Assembly: GCA_040902895.1 (NCBI GenBank)
Contig: JBBDWL010000084.1
Span: forward strand, 19,425-83,424
Source: Vicinamibacterales bacterium
Lineage (GTDB): Bacteria; Acidobacteriota; Vicinamibacteria; Vicinamibacterales; SCN-69-37
Reading direction: 5' to 3'
DNA length: 64,000 nucleotides
Shown: positions 29,256 to 39,181 of the stretch, in pieces
How positions within the stretch are numbered: the stretch's first letter is position 1
Layout of the letters: each line of letters opens with the position of its first letter
Program-made: the position numbers and the translations under genes
Notes under the pieces: generated by a model
What the model saw: only the letters and a program-made list of their open reading frames with translations
Databases searched by the model: none
Told to the model about the DNA's origin: nothing

Positions 29256-32200
29256 TGCGGCCTGGCGGCACGCGCATGGTGCTCATCGCAGCGGCGATCT
29301 TCGTCGTCTCGAGCCTCATTTCCTTCCGGGCTGAATTCTCGTCACCGGTCCTGCAGGCCGCGCAGGCGCCGGTTGTGCCTGACGCCGCTGACGCCGTTCC
29401 CGATGCGCAAAGCGCGGGTTGCATCTCGTGTCACACCAACGTTGACGAGGCGTCGATGCATCCGGGCGGCACCGTCAAGATTGGCTGCGCCGACTGTCAT
29501 GGCGGCAATCCGAAGATCGCTGTCGCGGCAGGCGCGGCAGCCGGCTCGACCGCCTACGAGAAGGCGAAGCAGCAGGCGCATCCGACGGCGACCGTCGCGG
29601 CGTTTGCGAAGAGCTCCGCGAATCCGGAGCGCGCCTATACCGAGTGGCTGCGCGAATCGCAGGACTACATCCGCTTCATCAATCCAGGGGATCTGCGCGT
29701 CGCGGATCGCACCTGCGGCACGTGTCACGCGGCGGAAGTCATGAACGTGCGCACGAGCATGATGACGCACGGCGCCATGCTGTGGGGCGCGGCGCTCTAC
29801 AACAACGGATCCGTTCCGTTCAAAGATCCCCGCTACGGCGAGAGTTACGCACCGGACGGCACGCCGCAGCGTCTGCAGAGCTTCCCGCCACCGACGCCCG
29901 AAGAGACGCGCACGAAAGGCGTGCTGCCGTATCTCGAGCCGCTGCCGCGATGGGAAGTGGTGCAGCCTGGGAACGTGCTGCGCGTGTTCGAGCGCGGCGG
30001 ATTCAAGCGTCCCGAGATTGGCAACCCCACGCGCGTCGAAGAGCCGGGACGCCCCGACGCCAAACTGAGCGATCGCGGGTTCGGCACCCTGCTGCGGACC
30101 GATCCGGTGTTTCTCGGCTTGCAGAAAACACGGCTGCTGGATCCGCTGTTGTCGTTCCCCGGGACGAACGATCAGCCCGGGGACTACCGCGGCAGCGGGT
30201 GCACGGGATGCCACGTCGTGTATGCGAACGATCGATCGCCGGTTCACTCCGCGCAGTACGCGCCGTTCGGCAACCGCGGGCTGACGCAGACGGCCGACCC
30301 GACGATCAAGCGAAACGAGCCTGGGCATCCGATCACGCACACCTTCACCCGATCCATCCCGTCGAGCCAATGCATGACCTGCCACATGCACCCCGGGACG
30401 AACATGGTGACCACGTACTACGGCTATACGTGGTGGGAAAACGAGACCGACGGCAAGGTGATGTACCCCGCGCACGAGCTCGATCGCAGTGAGGCGGAGC
30501 GCGCGCGGATCCGCGAACGTAATCCGGAAGGATCTGCGTTACGTGGGCTGTGGGGCGACGTCGAGTTTCTCGCCAAGACCGGGACGCCGGAGTTCAACAC
30601 GCAGCTGCAGCAGACGCAGTTCGCCGACTTCCATGGCCACGGCTGGGTCTATCGCGCGGTGTTCAAGCGCGATCGGGAGGGCAACCTGCTCGACCGCCGC
30701 GGCAACCTCGTGCCGTACACCGATCCGGACAAGTTCGGCAAGGCCGTGCATCTCAAGGACATTCACCTCGAGAAGGGGATGCAGTGCATCGACTGCCACT
30801 TCGGGCAGGACAATCACGGCAATGGCAAGTTGTATGGCGAGACGCGCAACGCCGTCGAGATCGACTGCGTCGACTGCCACGGCACGGCCCAGAAACGCCC
30901 GACACTGATGACGAGCGGTCCCGCGGCCCCGCCCGGCGGCGGGACGACGCTCATGGCGCTGCGGACGCCCTTCCGCGAGCGGCGCTTCTTCTGGGAAGGC
31001 AATCGCCTGTTCCAGCGATCGATGATGGACAAGGATCTCGAGTGGGAGATCCGCCAGGTGGTCGATGCCGTCACCCCAGGCAACGCGACCTACAACGAGC
31101 AGGCGCGCCTCGCGAAAACGATCCAGAAGGACGGCCAGACGTGGGGTGCTGCCGCCGCGGCGCCTGACACGCTTGCGCACGCCAACGAGAAAATGACGTG
31201 CTATTCGTGCCACACGTCGTGGACGCCGACCTGTCTCGGCTGCCACTTGTCGATGAGCGCGAACCGCAAGACGCCCATGCTCCACAACGAGGGCCTCGAG
31301 ACGCGCAACTGGACGTCGTACAACTTCCAGGTGCTGCGCGACGATTCGTTCTTCCTCGGCAAGGATGGCACCGTCACGGGGAACCGCATCGCGCCCGTGC
31401 GATCGGCGTGCGCCGTCCTCGTGAGCTCCCAGAGCCAGTCGCGAGCGTGGCTCTATTACCAGCAGCAGACGATCTCCGCCGAAGGCTTCAGCGGCCAGGC
31501 CTTCAGCACGTTCGTGCCGCATACCGTGCGCACCACCGAGACCAAACGGTGCACCGACTGCCACGTGTCAGCCGCGGGCGACAACAACGCCTGGATGGCC
31601 AACCTCCTGCTGCAGGGCACGAATTTCATGAACTTCCTCGGCCACAACATCTGGGTGGCCGCCGGGACAACGGGGTTCGAGGGTGTCACGGTTGCCGAGC
31701 GCGATGAACCGCCCGCCATCATCGGCAGCGATCTGCACAAGCTCGCGTATCCGTCGGAGTACAAGAAGCATGTCGCGGGAGGGCGCACGCTCGCACACGC
31801 GCACCACCATCCCGGCGAAAACGTGCTCGACGTGCAGCAGCGCGGCGAGTACGTGTATGCGGCGCTGGGGCCGGGGGGCTTCCGCGTGTATGACGTCGCG
31901 AACATCGACAACAAGGACTTCAGCGAGCGCATCGTGACGGCGCCGGTCTCGCCGCTCGGCCAGCGCCTGTACGTGAAAACGAAGTACGCGACCGCCGTCG
32001 CCACGCCCACCACGCTTGGCGTCGATCCATTGCGCACGCGATTCCCCGAGAACGAAGAGGGACCGATTCACCTGATGTACGGCTTCCTCTACGTCGCCGA
32101 CCGCGACGAAGGCCTCATCGTCGTCGGCAATCGCGATCCGAAGAGCCGCAACCTGCTTGGCGTCGGCACGCTGCTCGACGGCAACCCATCGAACAACTTC

Positions 32201-33049
32201 CTGGATCGGGCGGTGACATTCAATCCCGGGGGGGTGCTGACAGGTGCGCGGCGGATCACAATCGCCGGCACCTACGCGTACATCCTCACGGACACGGCAC
32301 TCGTCGTCGTAAGCCTCGAGAATCCGCTCGCGCCGAAGGTGACGGCGCACATCGGGGCGCCGGATCTGATTGATCCGCGCGGCATCGCCGTCCAGTTCCG
32401 TTACGGGTTCGTGGTGGATCGCGACGGGTTGAAAGTGCTGGATGTGTCATCGCTCGCGCAGCCCCAGGTCGTACGCGGCGCGCGTGTGCCGTTCAAGGAC
32501 GCGCGCAACGTCTATCTCGCGCGAACGTACGCGTACGTGGCGGCCGGACATGACGGTCTCGGCATCGTGAACATCGGCAAGCCGGAGCAGCCGGTGCTCG
32601 ATCAGCAGTTCAACGCCGGCGGCGCGCTCGATGACACGAACGACGTGAAGGTGGGCATGACCAATGCGAGCCTGTTCGCCTACGTCGGCGACGGCCACAA
32701 CGGCCTGCGGGTCGTGCAGCTGTTCTCGCCAGAGACGAACGAGAACCATTACGGATTCAGCCCGCGTCCCACGCCGGTGCTCATCGCCTCGTACCCGATG
32801 CATGGCGGCGCGCTGATGGTGTCGGAAGGGATCGACCGCGATCGCGCCGTCGACGAGAGCGGTAATCAAATCGCCGTCTTCGGCCGTCGCGGCGCGAGGC
32901 CGTTCAACAAGGCCGAAGCCGAGAAGCTCTTCATGCGCTCGGGCCGGGTGTACACCGTGACGAATGATCCGCCGCGTCCCGCAGTAGACGAGACGCAGGG
33001 CCTGTTCGCCACGCTGCGCTCGTATTGGCGCCGATACGGATGGCAGTGA
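29255..33049 (+). CDS. Decahaem c-type cytochrome fused to a C-terminal LVIVD-repeat beta-propeller
   Basis: 1264 aa with N-terminal signal/anchor [17 protein letters not shown]. Ten CXXCH motifs lie in the first ~760 aa: CISCH, CADCH, CGTCH, CTGCH, CMTCH, CIDCH, CVDCH, CYSCH, CLGCH, CTDCH. The C-terminal ~480 aa carries about six LVIVD-like repeats: [42 protein letters not shown]. Confidence 0.8.
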   Translation: MRPGGTRMVLIAAAIFVVSSLISFRAEFSSPVLQAAQAPVVPDAADAVPDAQSAGCISCHTNVDEASMHPGGTVKIGCADCHGGNPKIAVAAGAAAGSTAYEKAKQQAHPTATVAAFAKSSANPERAYTEWLRESQDYIRFINPGDLRVADRTCGTCHAAEVMNVRTSMMTHGAMLWGAALYNNGSVPFKDPRYGESYAPDGTPQRLQSFPPPTPEETRTKGVLPYLEPLPRWEVVQPGNVLRVFERGGFKRPEIGNPTRVEEPGRPDAKLSDRGFGTLLRTDPVFLGLQKTRLLDPLLSFPGTNDQPGDYRGSGCTGCHVVYANDRSPVHSAQYAPFGNRGLTQTADPTIKRNEPGHPITHTFTRSIPSSQCMTCHMHPGTNMVTTYYGYTWWENETDGKVMYPAHELDRSEAERARIRERNPEGSALRGLWGDVEFLAKTGTPEFNTQLQQTQFADFHGHGWVYRAVFKRDREGNLLDRRGNLVPYTDPDKFGKAVHLKDIHLEKGMQCIDCHFGQDNHGNGKLYGETRNAVEIDCVDCHGTAQKRPTLMTSGPAAPPGGGTTLMALRTPFRERRFFWEGNRLFQRSMMDKDLEWEIRQVVDAVTPGNATYNEQARLAKTIQKDGQTWGAAAAAPDTLAHANEKMTCYSCHTSWTPTCLGCHLSMSANRKTPMLHNEGLETRNWTSYNFQVLRDDSFFLGKDGTVTGNRIAPVRSACAVLVSSQSQSRAWLYYQQQTISAEGFSGQAFSTFVPHTVRTTETKRCTDCHVSAAGDNNAWMANLLLQGTNFMNFLGHNIWVAAGTTGFEGVTVAERDEPPAIIGSDLHKLAYPSEYKKHVAGGRTLAHAHHHPGENVLDVQQRGEYVYAALGPGGFRVYDVANIDNKDFSERIVTAPVSPLGQRLYVKTKYATAVATPTTLGVDPLRTRFPENEEGPIHLMYGFLYVADRDEGLIVVGNRDPKSRNLLGVGTLLDGNPSNNFLDRAVTFNPGGVLTGARRITIAGTYAYILTDTALVVVSLENPLAPKVTAHIGAPDLIDPRGIAVQFRYGFVVDRDGLKVLDVSSLAQPQVVRGARVPFKDARNVYLARTYAYVAAGHDGLGIVNIGKPEQPVLDQQFNAGGALDDTNDVKVGMTNASLFAYVGDGHNGLRVVQLFSPETNENHYGFSPRPTPVLIASYPMHGGALMVSEGIDRDRAVDESGNQIAVFGRRGARPFNKAEAEKLFMRSGRVYTVTNDPPRPAVDETQGLFATLRSYWRRYGWQ

Positions 33050-33050
33050 G

Positions 33051-35072
33051 GTGCTGAGAAAAGTCGCGGCCGGTCTGCTGCTCGGTCTGTGCGCCGCGGC
33101 GTTCGTGCTGCTGCCTGGATGGATCGGCCTGCTCGATCTTCCTGAGCTCAAGACGTACGACTGGCGCGTCCGTCGCGTCGCCCGAGCCGATTCCGTGCAC
33201 CGCGACATCGTCCTTGTCGAAATCAACGACGAGAGCATCCGCGCCGTCGCGAAGGTCGGTGGGCGCTGGCCGTGGCCGCGTGTGGTGCTGGCCGATGCCA
33301 TCGACTTCCTCAAGCGCGGCTCTCCAAAAGCGATTGCGGTCGACTTTCACATCGCAGAGCCCGACATGAGCGAGGGCGTTCCGTACGGCGGCGACACGTG
33401 GTCCGGCGCGGAGTCAGACGCGGCGCTCGTCGAATCGGTCAGGAACACGCCCCGCATCATCATGCTTGCAGACGCCGTCCATCTCGGCGTCGTCGGCGGC
33501 TCTGCCGATCGCGAGGGTGCGTGGACGAGCCCGCCCTACCGGCTCGGCCCTGCGATCGAAGAGCGGCCGCAGCTGGTTCCGCCGATACCCGGCCTCGCGC
33601 AGGCCGCCGCGCTCGGCCACAACCTGCTTCACCCTGACAGGGACGGCCCCGCGCGCAGGATGGCGCCGTTCATCCGAATCGGCGATCGCTACGTGCCGTC
33701 GCTCGGCGTCGCGGCCGCGCTCGTTGCTGCGGATGTGAAACCGGAAGAAGTCGTCCTCGAGGGACGCACGATCCGGGTGCGCGATCGCGTGATCCCGCTC
33801 GTCGCCGAGCGCGTGCCCAACTGGAACGACGCCTCCGAGTCGCACGATCAGCTGACAATGCTGATCAACTACAGGGCGCCTGCGATCGTGAACGGCGCGC
33901 GGCCGTACACGTCGTACGAGATCCGCGATCTACTGGTGTCGCAGGAGCAGCTCAACGCCGGCATGGCGCCGGTGCTCGATCCTGCAGTGTTCAAAGACAA
34001 GATCGTGTTCGTCGGTCTCACGGCATCGGGGCTGCTCGATGTCTTCACCACGCCGTTCGGTGAAGGCGTCATGCCGGGCATTCAGCTGCATGCGAGCATG
34101 GCCGACGGCATCCTGTCGGATCGTTTCATCAGGCCGGCGCCCGACGCCGCGCGAATCGCGGGAACGCTGGCCGCGGGCCTCGTCGTCGCGCTCATGGCAA
34201 CGACACTCCCTTATGCCGCGGCTGCGGCCGGCGCGGTGGTCGTCACGGGCGGGTGGCTCTGGCTGTGCTTCCTCGTGTTCCGCGACGGCATCTGGCTCAA
34301 CATGTCGCAGCCGATCATCGCCGGCGCCGTGGCGCTCTTTGCGGGCACCGCGTACCAGTATTTCGTCGAAGGCGCCGAGAAGCGCGCGGTCAAGAAACTG
34401 TTCGGACGCTACGTCTCAAAGGATGTCTACGAGCAGCTGGTTGCCAATCCCGAGCTCGCGCAGCTCGGAGGAAAACGCCGCGAGATGTCGGTGCTGTTCT
34501 CGGACATCCGCGGCTTCACGACCGTGACCGAGCAAGGCGATCCCGAAGAGCTCGTGTTGATGCTCAATGAGTATTTCTCCCGGATGGTCGCCATCGTGTT
34601 CCGGCAGCAGGGCACGGTCGACAAGTTCGTCGGCGATATGGTCATGGCCCTGTTCGGCGCGCCGCTCGATGACCCGGCGCACGCCGAGCATGCGGTGGCC
34701 ACGGCGGTGGACATGGTGCGCGAGCTCGGCGAGCTGAACCGTAAATGGGCCGCCGAGGGCCGCACCCAGCTGGATATCGGCATCGGGGTGAATTCGGGAG
34801 GAATGATCGCGGGGAATATCGGGTCGTCCTCCATCATGAGCTACACGGTTATCGGCGACAACGTGAACCTCGGCGCGCGCCTGGAATCGCTGAACAAAGA
34901 CTATCGAACCCGGATTATCATTAGCGACGCGACGCGGTCGCTCCTCCAAGGCCAGTACGAAATCCGTCCGTTGGGCGATGTCGTCGTCAAGGGGAAGACG
35001 CGTCCCGTTGCCATCTTTGAAGTCGTGGTCCCATCGCCGCTGCAGGCGGCACACGAGGAAGCACAGTCATGA
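33051..35072 (+). CDS. CHASE2-sensor class III adenylate/guanylate cyclase
   Basis: 673 aa with a GTG start 2 nt after the upstream stop. TM1 is followed by a periplasmic CHASE2-like region (GGRWPWPRVVLADAIDFL), three TM helices, and the cyclase domain: REMSVLFSDIRGFTT, VDKFVGDMVMALFGAP, GVNSGGMIAGNIGS, YTVIGDNVNLGARLES. The Lys in DKFVGD suggests adenylate specificity (inference). Confidence 0.85.
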   Translation: MLRKVAAGLLLGLCAAAFVLLPGWIGLLDLPELKTYDWRVRRVARADSVHRDIVLVEINDESIRAVAKVGGRWPWPRVVLADAIDFLKRGSPKAIAVDFHIAEPDMSEGVPYGGDTWSGAESDAALVESVRNTPRIIMLADAVHLGVVGGSADREGAWTSPPYRLGPAIEERPQLVPPIPGLAQAAALGHNLLHPDRDGPARRMAPFIRIGDRYVPSLGVAAALVAADVKPEEVVLEGRTIRVRDRVIPLVAERVPNWNDASESHDQLTMLINYRAPAIVNGARPYTSYEIRDLLVSQEQLNAGMAPVLDPAVFKDKIVFVGLTASGLLDVFTTPFGEGVMPGIQLHASMADGILSDRFIRPAPDAARIAGTLAAGLVVALMATTLPYAAAAAGAVVVTGGWLWLCFLVFRDGIWLNMSQPIIAGAVALFAGTAYQYFVEGAEKRAVKKLFGRYVSKDVYEQLVANPELAQLGGKRREMSVLFSDIRGFTTVTEQGDPEELVLMLNEYFSRMVAIVFRQQGTVDKFVGDMVMALFGAPLDDPAHAEHAVATAVDMVRELGELNRKWAAEGRTQLDIGIGVNSGGMIAGNIGSSSIMSYTVIGDNVNLGARLESLNKDYRTRIIISDATRSLLQGQYEIRPLGDVVVKGKTRPVAIFEVVVPSPLQAAHEEAQS

Positions 35073-36226
35073 AATGTACGGCATTGGCAGTTGCGGTCGT
35101 GATGCTCGCGGGCGCGTCCGCAGCGGAGGCTCGCCAGTTCGACAGGCTCCGGCGCGGCGCGGAAACGGCTAAGAAGGTCGCCGATTTCAACATCAACGAC
35201 AAGGACGAGCGCGCGATCGGCGAGGCGGTTGGCGCGAAGCTCATAGCGCGCTTCGGGATCTATCAGGATCCTGCGGTCGCCAAGTACGTCGCGCTGGTGG
35301 GCACCGTGCTGGCGCAGGCCAGCTCGAGACCCGATCTGCCGTGGACGTTCGTGGTGCTCGACACCGAAGGCGTCAACGCGTACGCGGCGCCGGGTGGGTT
35401 CATCTACATCACCAAGGGGGCGCTCGGTCTGTTCAAGACCGAAGCGCAGCTCGCAGGCGTACTCGGCCACGAGATTACGCACATCACCGAGAAGCACACG
35501 ATAAACGCGATCAGGAACGCGAAGATCGTCGACGCCGGCACCGACGCGGCCGCATCGGCGCGCGGCGGGCTGAGCGGCGCCGTCCTGAACAGGCTCAGCG
35601 ACGCCAGCTACGACATGATTTTCGAGAACAAGTTCGATCGCAACGACGAAACGGCGTCTGACAACGTCGGCATCAGCCTTGCCCACAAGGCCGGCTACTC
35701 GCCTCAGGGACTCTCCGAATTTCTGACGCGGCTGTCCGAGCGCAACAAGAGCGCGACAGAGCCCAACGGGCTGTTCGCATCGCACCCGATGATGAAGGAC
35801 CGGCTGAATACGCTGGCGGCGACGATCAAGAACGAGAAGCTCACGTCGACGGCGACCGGCCAGGCGCGGTATGCCAGCATCATTACGTTCGATGCTAAGC
35901 CGGCGAGTGCAATCACCCCAATCGAAGAAGGCACGCGGGGCGTCGCCGGCGGCGGCAGTGCGAAGCCGGCCGAACCCGCCAAGACGGAAGAACCCAAGAA
36001 GGAAGAGCCAAAGAAGGAAGAGCCAAAGAAGCGCGGCTTCGGCATCGGCAGGATCGCCAGCACCCTGACGGGCGGCAAGCAGGCTGAATCGACGCAGGCG
36101 AGCGCGTCAGCCGGCGGCCGCATGGGCGTGCCCGACACCAACGCGCCTGGCGGCAGCAACACGACGCCGGTGCGCGTCACCATCACCGCGGCCGACATCG
36201 CGGAGTTCAAGAAGGGGATCGCCTAA
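35069..36226 (+). CDS. Exported M48-family zinc metallopeptidase
   Basis: 385 aa. The ATG overlaps the cyclase stop (ATGA). Signal peptide MKCTALAVAVVMLAGASAAEA. Zinc motif HEITHITEKH. The C-terminus is low-complexity, with EEPKK x3. Confidence 0.8.
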   Translation: MKCTALAVAVVMLAGASAAEARQFDRLRRGAETAKKVADFNINDKDERAIGEAVGAKLIARFGIYQDPAVAKYVALVGTVLAQASSRPDLPWTFVVLDTEGVNAYAAPGGFIYITKGALGLFKTEAQLAGVLGHEITHITEKHTINAIRNAKIVDAGTDAAASARGGLSGAVLNRLSDASYDMIFENKFDRNDETASDNVGISLAHKAGYSPQGLSEFLTRLSERNKSATEPNGLFASHPMMKDRLNTLAATIKNEKLTSTATGQARYASIITFDAKPASAITPIEEGTRGVAGGGSAKPAEPAKTEEPKKEEPKKEEPKKRGFGIGRIASTLTGGKQAESTQASASAGGRMGVPDTNAPGGSNTTPVRVTITAADIAEFKKGIA

Positions 36227-36251
36227 CCCCTGACCGCGGGTCAGGGCCGCG

Positions 36252-37712
36252 ATGCCTCACTATCCTGCGCATCTGTTGATGGGCGTCGCGGCGCTGGCCG
36301 CGACGCTCCTCGTCTGGACTCTCGCCGTCAACCGCATCGTCAGGCGGAAGCTCAAACTTTCGATCGTTCTGCTGGGCGCGTACGTCCTGGTGCAGGTGGT
36401 CTTTGCAGTCCGGCCCGATCTTGCGGGTCCCGATCTCGCCTCAGATCTGGCCTCACCCATCCGCGCCTTCGAACGTCTGGCCCTGACCGCGGCGATCATC
36501 AATCTGATCGTCATCGCGCTGATCAATCCTCTGCGCACCGACCGCGTGCGCGAGGGCTTCCCTGCCATCGTGCAGGACGCGATCGTCCTCGGGCTGCTGC
36601 TCGTCGTGGCGACCTTCGTGTTCAAGGAACAGCTGCTCACGACCTCGGCGGTCGGCGCGGTGGTCGTCGGCTTCGCGCTGCAGGACACGCTTGGGAATGC
36701 GTTCGCGGGACTGGCGATTCAAAGCGAGCGTCCGTTCACGCTGGGACACTGGATCAAGGTCGGCGATTTCGAAGGGCGCGTCATGGAGGTGACATGGCGC
36801 GCCACGAAGCTCCGCACCAAGTCGGGCAATTTCATCATCGTGCCCAACAACATCGTCGGCAAGGAAGCGATCCTCAATTATTCGGAGCCGGCCGTGGCCA
36901 CGCGGATCGAGCTGGACGTGGGCGTGAGCTACCAGGCGTCTCCGGCCCGGGTGAAGAAGGCGCTGCTGGAAGCGGTGGCGCAGGCGCCGCTCGCGCTCAA
37001 GACCCCCTTTCCGGACGTGCTGCTGGTCGCCTTCGCGGACTGGAGCATGAACTATCGGGTGCGCTTCTGGATCAGCGACTTCGAATCCGATGACCGGGCG
37101 TACGATCAGGTGCGCATGGGCATTCACTATGCCTTTGCCCGCCATGGCATCGAGATCCCGTACCCGATCCAGGTCGAGTACTCGGGCGAAATGCCCGCTG
37201 CTGATGACGCGGCCCTGCAACAGGAGCGTGACCGTGTGCTGGCCTCCGTCGATCTCTTCAGGACACTGACCGAAGAGCAGCGGGCCGGGCTCGCCGAAGC
37301 GACCGTGATGCGCACGTATGGTGATGGCGAGGCCATCGTCCGTCAGGGCGAGCCAGGCGAATCGATGTATGTGGTGTGCTCGGGACGGATGTCCGTGGTG
37401 GTCGAACCCGAACGCAGCGAAGTCGCGACGCTCGGGAGGGGCGAGTACTTCGGGGAGATGTCGCTGCTGACGGGCGAGCCGCGCTCGGCGACGGTCGTTG
37501 CCCGCGGCGAGACGGTCGTCCTGGAGCTGACCGCAGAGCAGGTCCGCCGTCTCGCGGCGGAACACCCGGAGGCCGTGGAACACGTCGCGCTCGCCGCTTC
37601 CGGCCGGCGCGAGCGCCTCGATCAGGTCAGATTGTCGGCCGCCAGTGCTGCAGGCACCGAGGCGCCGGCAACCTTCATGAGCCGCATGAAGAGGTTCCTG
37701 CGCCTGCGGTGA
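36252..37712 (+). CDS. MscS-type mechanosensitive channel with C-terminal cNMP-binding domain (bCNG-type)
   Basis: 486 aa. N-terminal TM helices, MscS pore/beta-domain pattern (DTLGNAFAGLAIQSERPFTLGHWIKVGDFEGRVMEVTWRATKLRTKSGNFIIVPNN), and a C-terminal cNMP domain (GEAIVRQGEPGESMYVVCSGR...FGEMSLLTGEPRSATVVA). Confidence 0.85.
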   Translation: MPHYPAHLLMGVAALAATLLVWTLAVNRIVRRKLKLSIVLLGAYVLVQVVFAVRPDLAGPDLASDLASPIRAFERLALTAAIINLIVIALINPLRTDRVREGFPAIVQDAIVLGLLLVVATFVFKEQLLTTSAVGAVVVGFALQDTLGNAFAGLAIQSERPFTLGHWIKVGDFEGRVMEVTWRATKLRTKSGNFIIVPNNIVGKEAILNYSEPAVATRIELDVGVSYQASPARVKKALLEAVAQAPLALKTPFPDVLLVAFADWSMNYRVRFWISDFESDDRAYDQVRMGIHYAFARHGIEIPYPIQVEYSGEMPAADDAALQQERDRVLASVDLFRTLTEEQRAGLAEATVMRTYGDGEAIVRQGEPGESMYVVCSGRMSVVVEPERSEVATLGRGEYFGEMSLLTGEPRSATVVARGETVVLELTAEQVRRLAAEHPEAVEHVALAASGRRERLDQVRLSAASAAGTEAPATFMSRMKRFLRLR

Positions 37713-37721
37713 CCGCGTCGT

Positions 37722-38936
37722 TCAGCGTTTGACGAGCTCGACCCTGCGGTTTTGCTGTCGTCCTTCGGGCGTCGTGTTTGGCGCGACGGGCTTCGCGTCA
37801 CCGACGCCGGTAGCCTCGAGACGTCCGGCCTCGACGCCATAAGTGCTCACAAGGAAGTTTTTCACGGCATCGGCGCGCTTCTGCGCGAGCTCCTGGTTGG
37901 CCTGCGCGTTGCCGACGTTGTCGGTGTGTCCCTCGATGGCGAGGTTGAGATCCGCGTGTTCCTTCAACATCTCGCCGATCTCCTTGAGCGTCGGCGTCGA
38001 TTCCGGACGCAGGCGATCGGCGCCGCTGTCGAAGTAGATCCCCTGCGTGGCAACGCGGCCCGATTCAGCCAGCGCGTCGTACAGCTTCTTACCGCCAGCC
38101 ATGATGCTGATGTTGCTGATCAGGACGGGGGTCGATTCGTGGCCGGGCACTTCGATCGTGATGGTCTTCGACCGCCCGAGATCCGCGTTCGGTACGTTCC
38201 CGAGGCGCGTCTCGTTGATGTACACCTTCACGTACTTGCCATCGGCCATGATGCGGCCGCGGAATGCTCCATTCGTCAGCGGCTCGGGCGTCATGGCGCC
38301 GGCCTGATGGGTGCCGCCGAACACGCCCGCATTCCCCTTGTCCCCATACTCGCGAAAGCGCAGGTCGTGCGGCGCCTTCTCGTCGAACCGGAGGATCAGC
38401 CAGTTGGAGTTATAGCCGGCGGTCGCGTCGAACTCCATCGTGAATCGCTCGGGCAGCACCTCGGGCAGCGTAATGGAGAACTTGCCGGGCCAGCTGCTCA
38501 CGCGCAGATAGCGGCCGCCGTTCCATTCCGCGACCTCCATGTTGCCGTCGGTGTATTCGAGCCGGCGCGGAAAGTTGCCGACGTCCTCCTTCGTGAAATC
38601 CTCGACGAAGATGGGCCGATCGCCCGGCTTGAAATCGTAATTGACCCATGCCCCCTCGCCCGGCTTCAGCGCCGCGGCGCCGGATGCGCCCGTGCCGCCG
38701 CCGCTGCCTGCTGCCGCAGCCGCCGCGGGCGGCGCTTCCTTGATTTTTACTTCCTGCCCCTGCTCTTTGGCCTTGCGGATGCACGCGAGATCCGTCGCGA
38801 TGCACTCGGCAATCTTCTGCTTCGCGCGCTCCTTCGCACGCTCCTTGATGAAGCCGCCGAGTGTCTGGGCATGCGCGGAAGGGACAACAGCAAACGCCAG
38901 AAGCAACGCTCCTGTGGAAAGGCGGACGGCAGTCAT
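37722..38936 (-). CDS. OmpA-family peptidoglycan-associated protein
   Basis: ORF 37722..38960 trimmed to the ATG at 38936, giving the signal peptide MTAVRLSTGALLLAFAVVPSAHAQ. C-terminal OmpA/MotB domain: IEGHTDNVGNAQANQELAQKRADAVKNFLV...NRRVELV. Confidence 0.85.
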   Translation of the reverse strand: MTAVRLSTGALLLAFAVVPSAHAQTLGGFIKERAKERAKQKIAECIATDLACIRKAKEQGQEVKIKEAPPAAAAAAGSGGGTGASGAAALKPGEGAWVNYDFKPGDRPIFVEDFTKEDVGNFPRRLEYTDGNMEVAEWNGGRYLRVSSWPGKFSITLPEVLPERFTMEFDATAGYNSNWLILRFDEKAPHDLRFREYGDKGNAGVFGGTHQAGAMTPEPLTNGAFRGRIMADGKYVKVYINETRLGNVPNADLGRSKTITIEVPGHESTPVLISNISIMAGGKKLYDALAESGRVATQGIYFDSGADRLRPESTPTLKEIGEMLKEHADLNLAIEGHTDNVGNAQANQELAQKRADAVKNFLVSTYGVEAGRLEATGVGDAKPVAPNTTPEGRQQNRRVELVKR

Positions 38937-39049
38937 GCGGGGGCTCCTTATGTAGGGCACGGGATTTGGGGGCAGGAAATTCTATGCGCCAGCCCTGCGC
39001 GGCGTCCAGCTCAGGCGCCCGCACGCGTCCTCGTTTGGGCGCAATCGGT

Positions 39050-39127
39050 GGCGAAAAATGGGGACGGGTCTTAATTTTCCCGCGCGGATTCTCTGAGGAA
39101 AATTAAGACCCGTCCCCATTTTTCGCC
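39050..39127. repeat. Perfect 31-bp inverted repeat (16-nt spacer), AT-rich, in a divergent intergenic region
   Basis: The left arm 39050-39080 (GGCGAAAAATGGGGACGGGTCTTAATTTTCC) is the exact reverse complement of the right arm 39097-39127, verified base by base. It lies between the OmpA-family start (38936, minus) and the start of the next plus-strand gene (39182). Confidence 0.9.
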
Positions 39128-39181
39128 GGGCAAACCGCTTGCACTGGCCCTGGTGCCGCCTGTCCGCTACGGAGTTGCACC

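Noticed and set aside
35987-36031. 15-bp x3 tandem repeat (EEPKK x3) in the M48 peptidase gene
   Set aside because: It is a coding low-complexity tail, not an independent feature.
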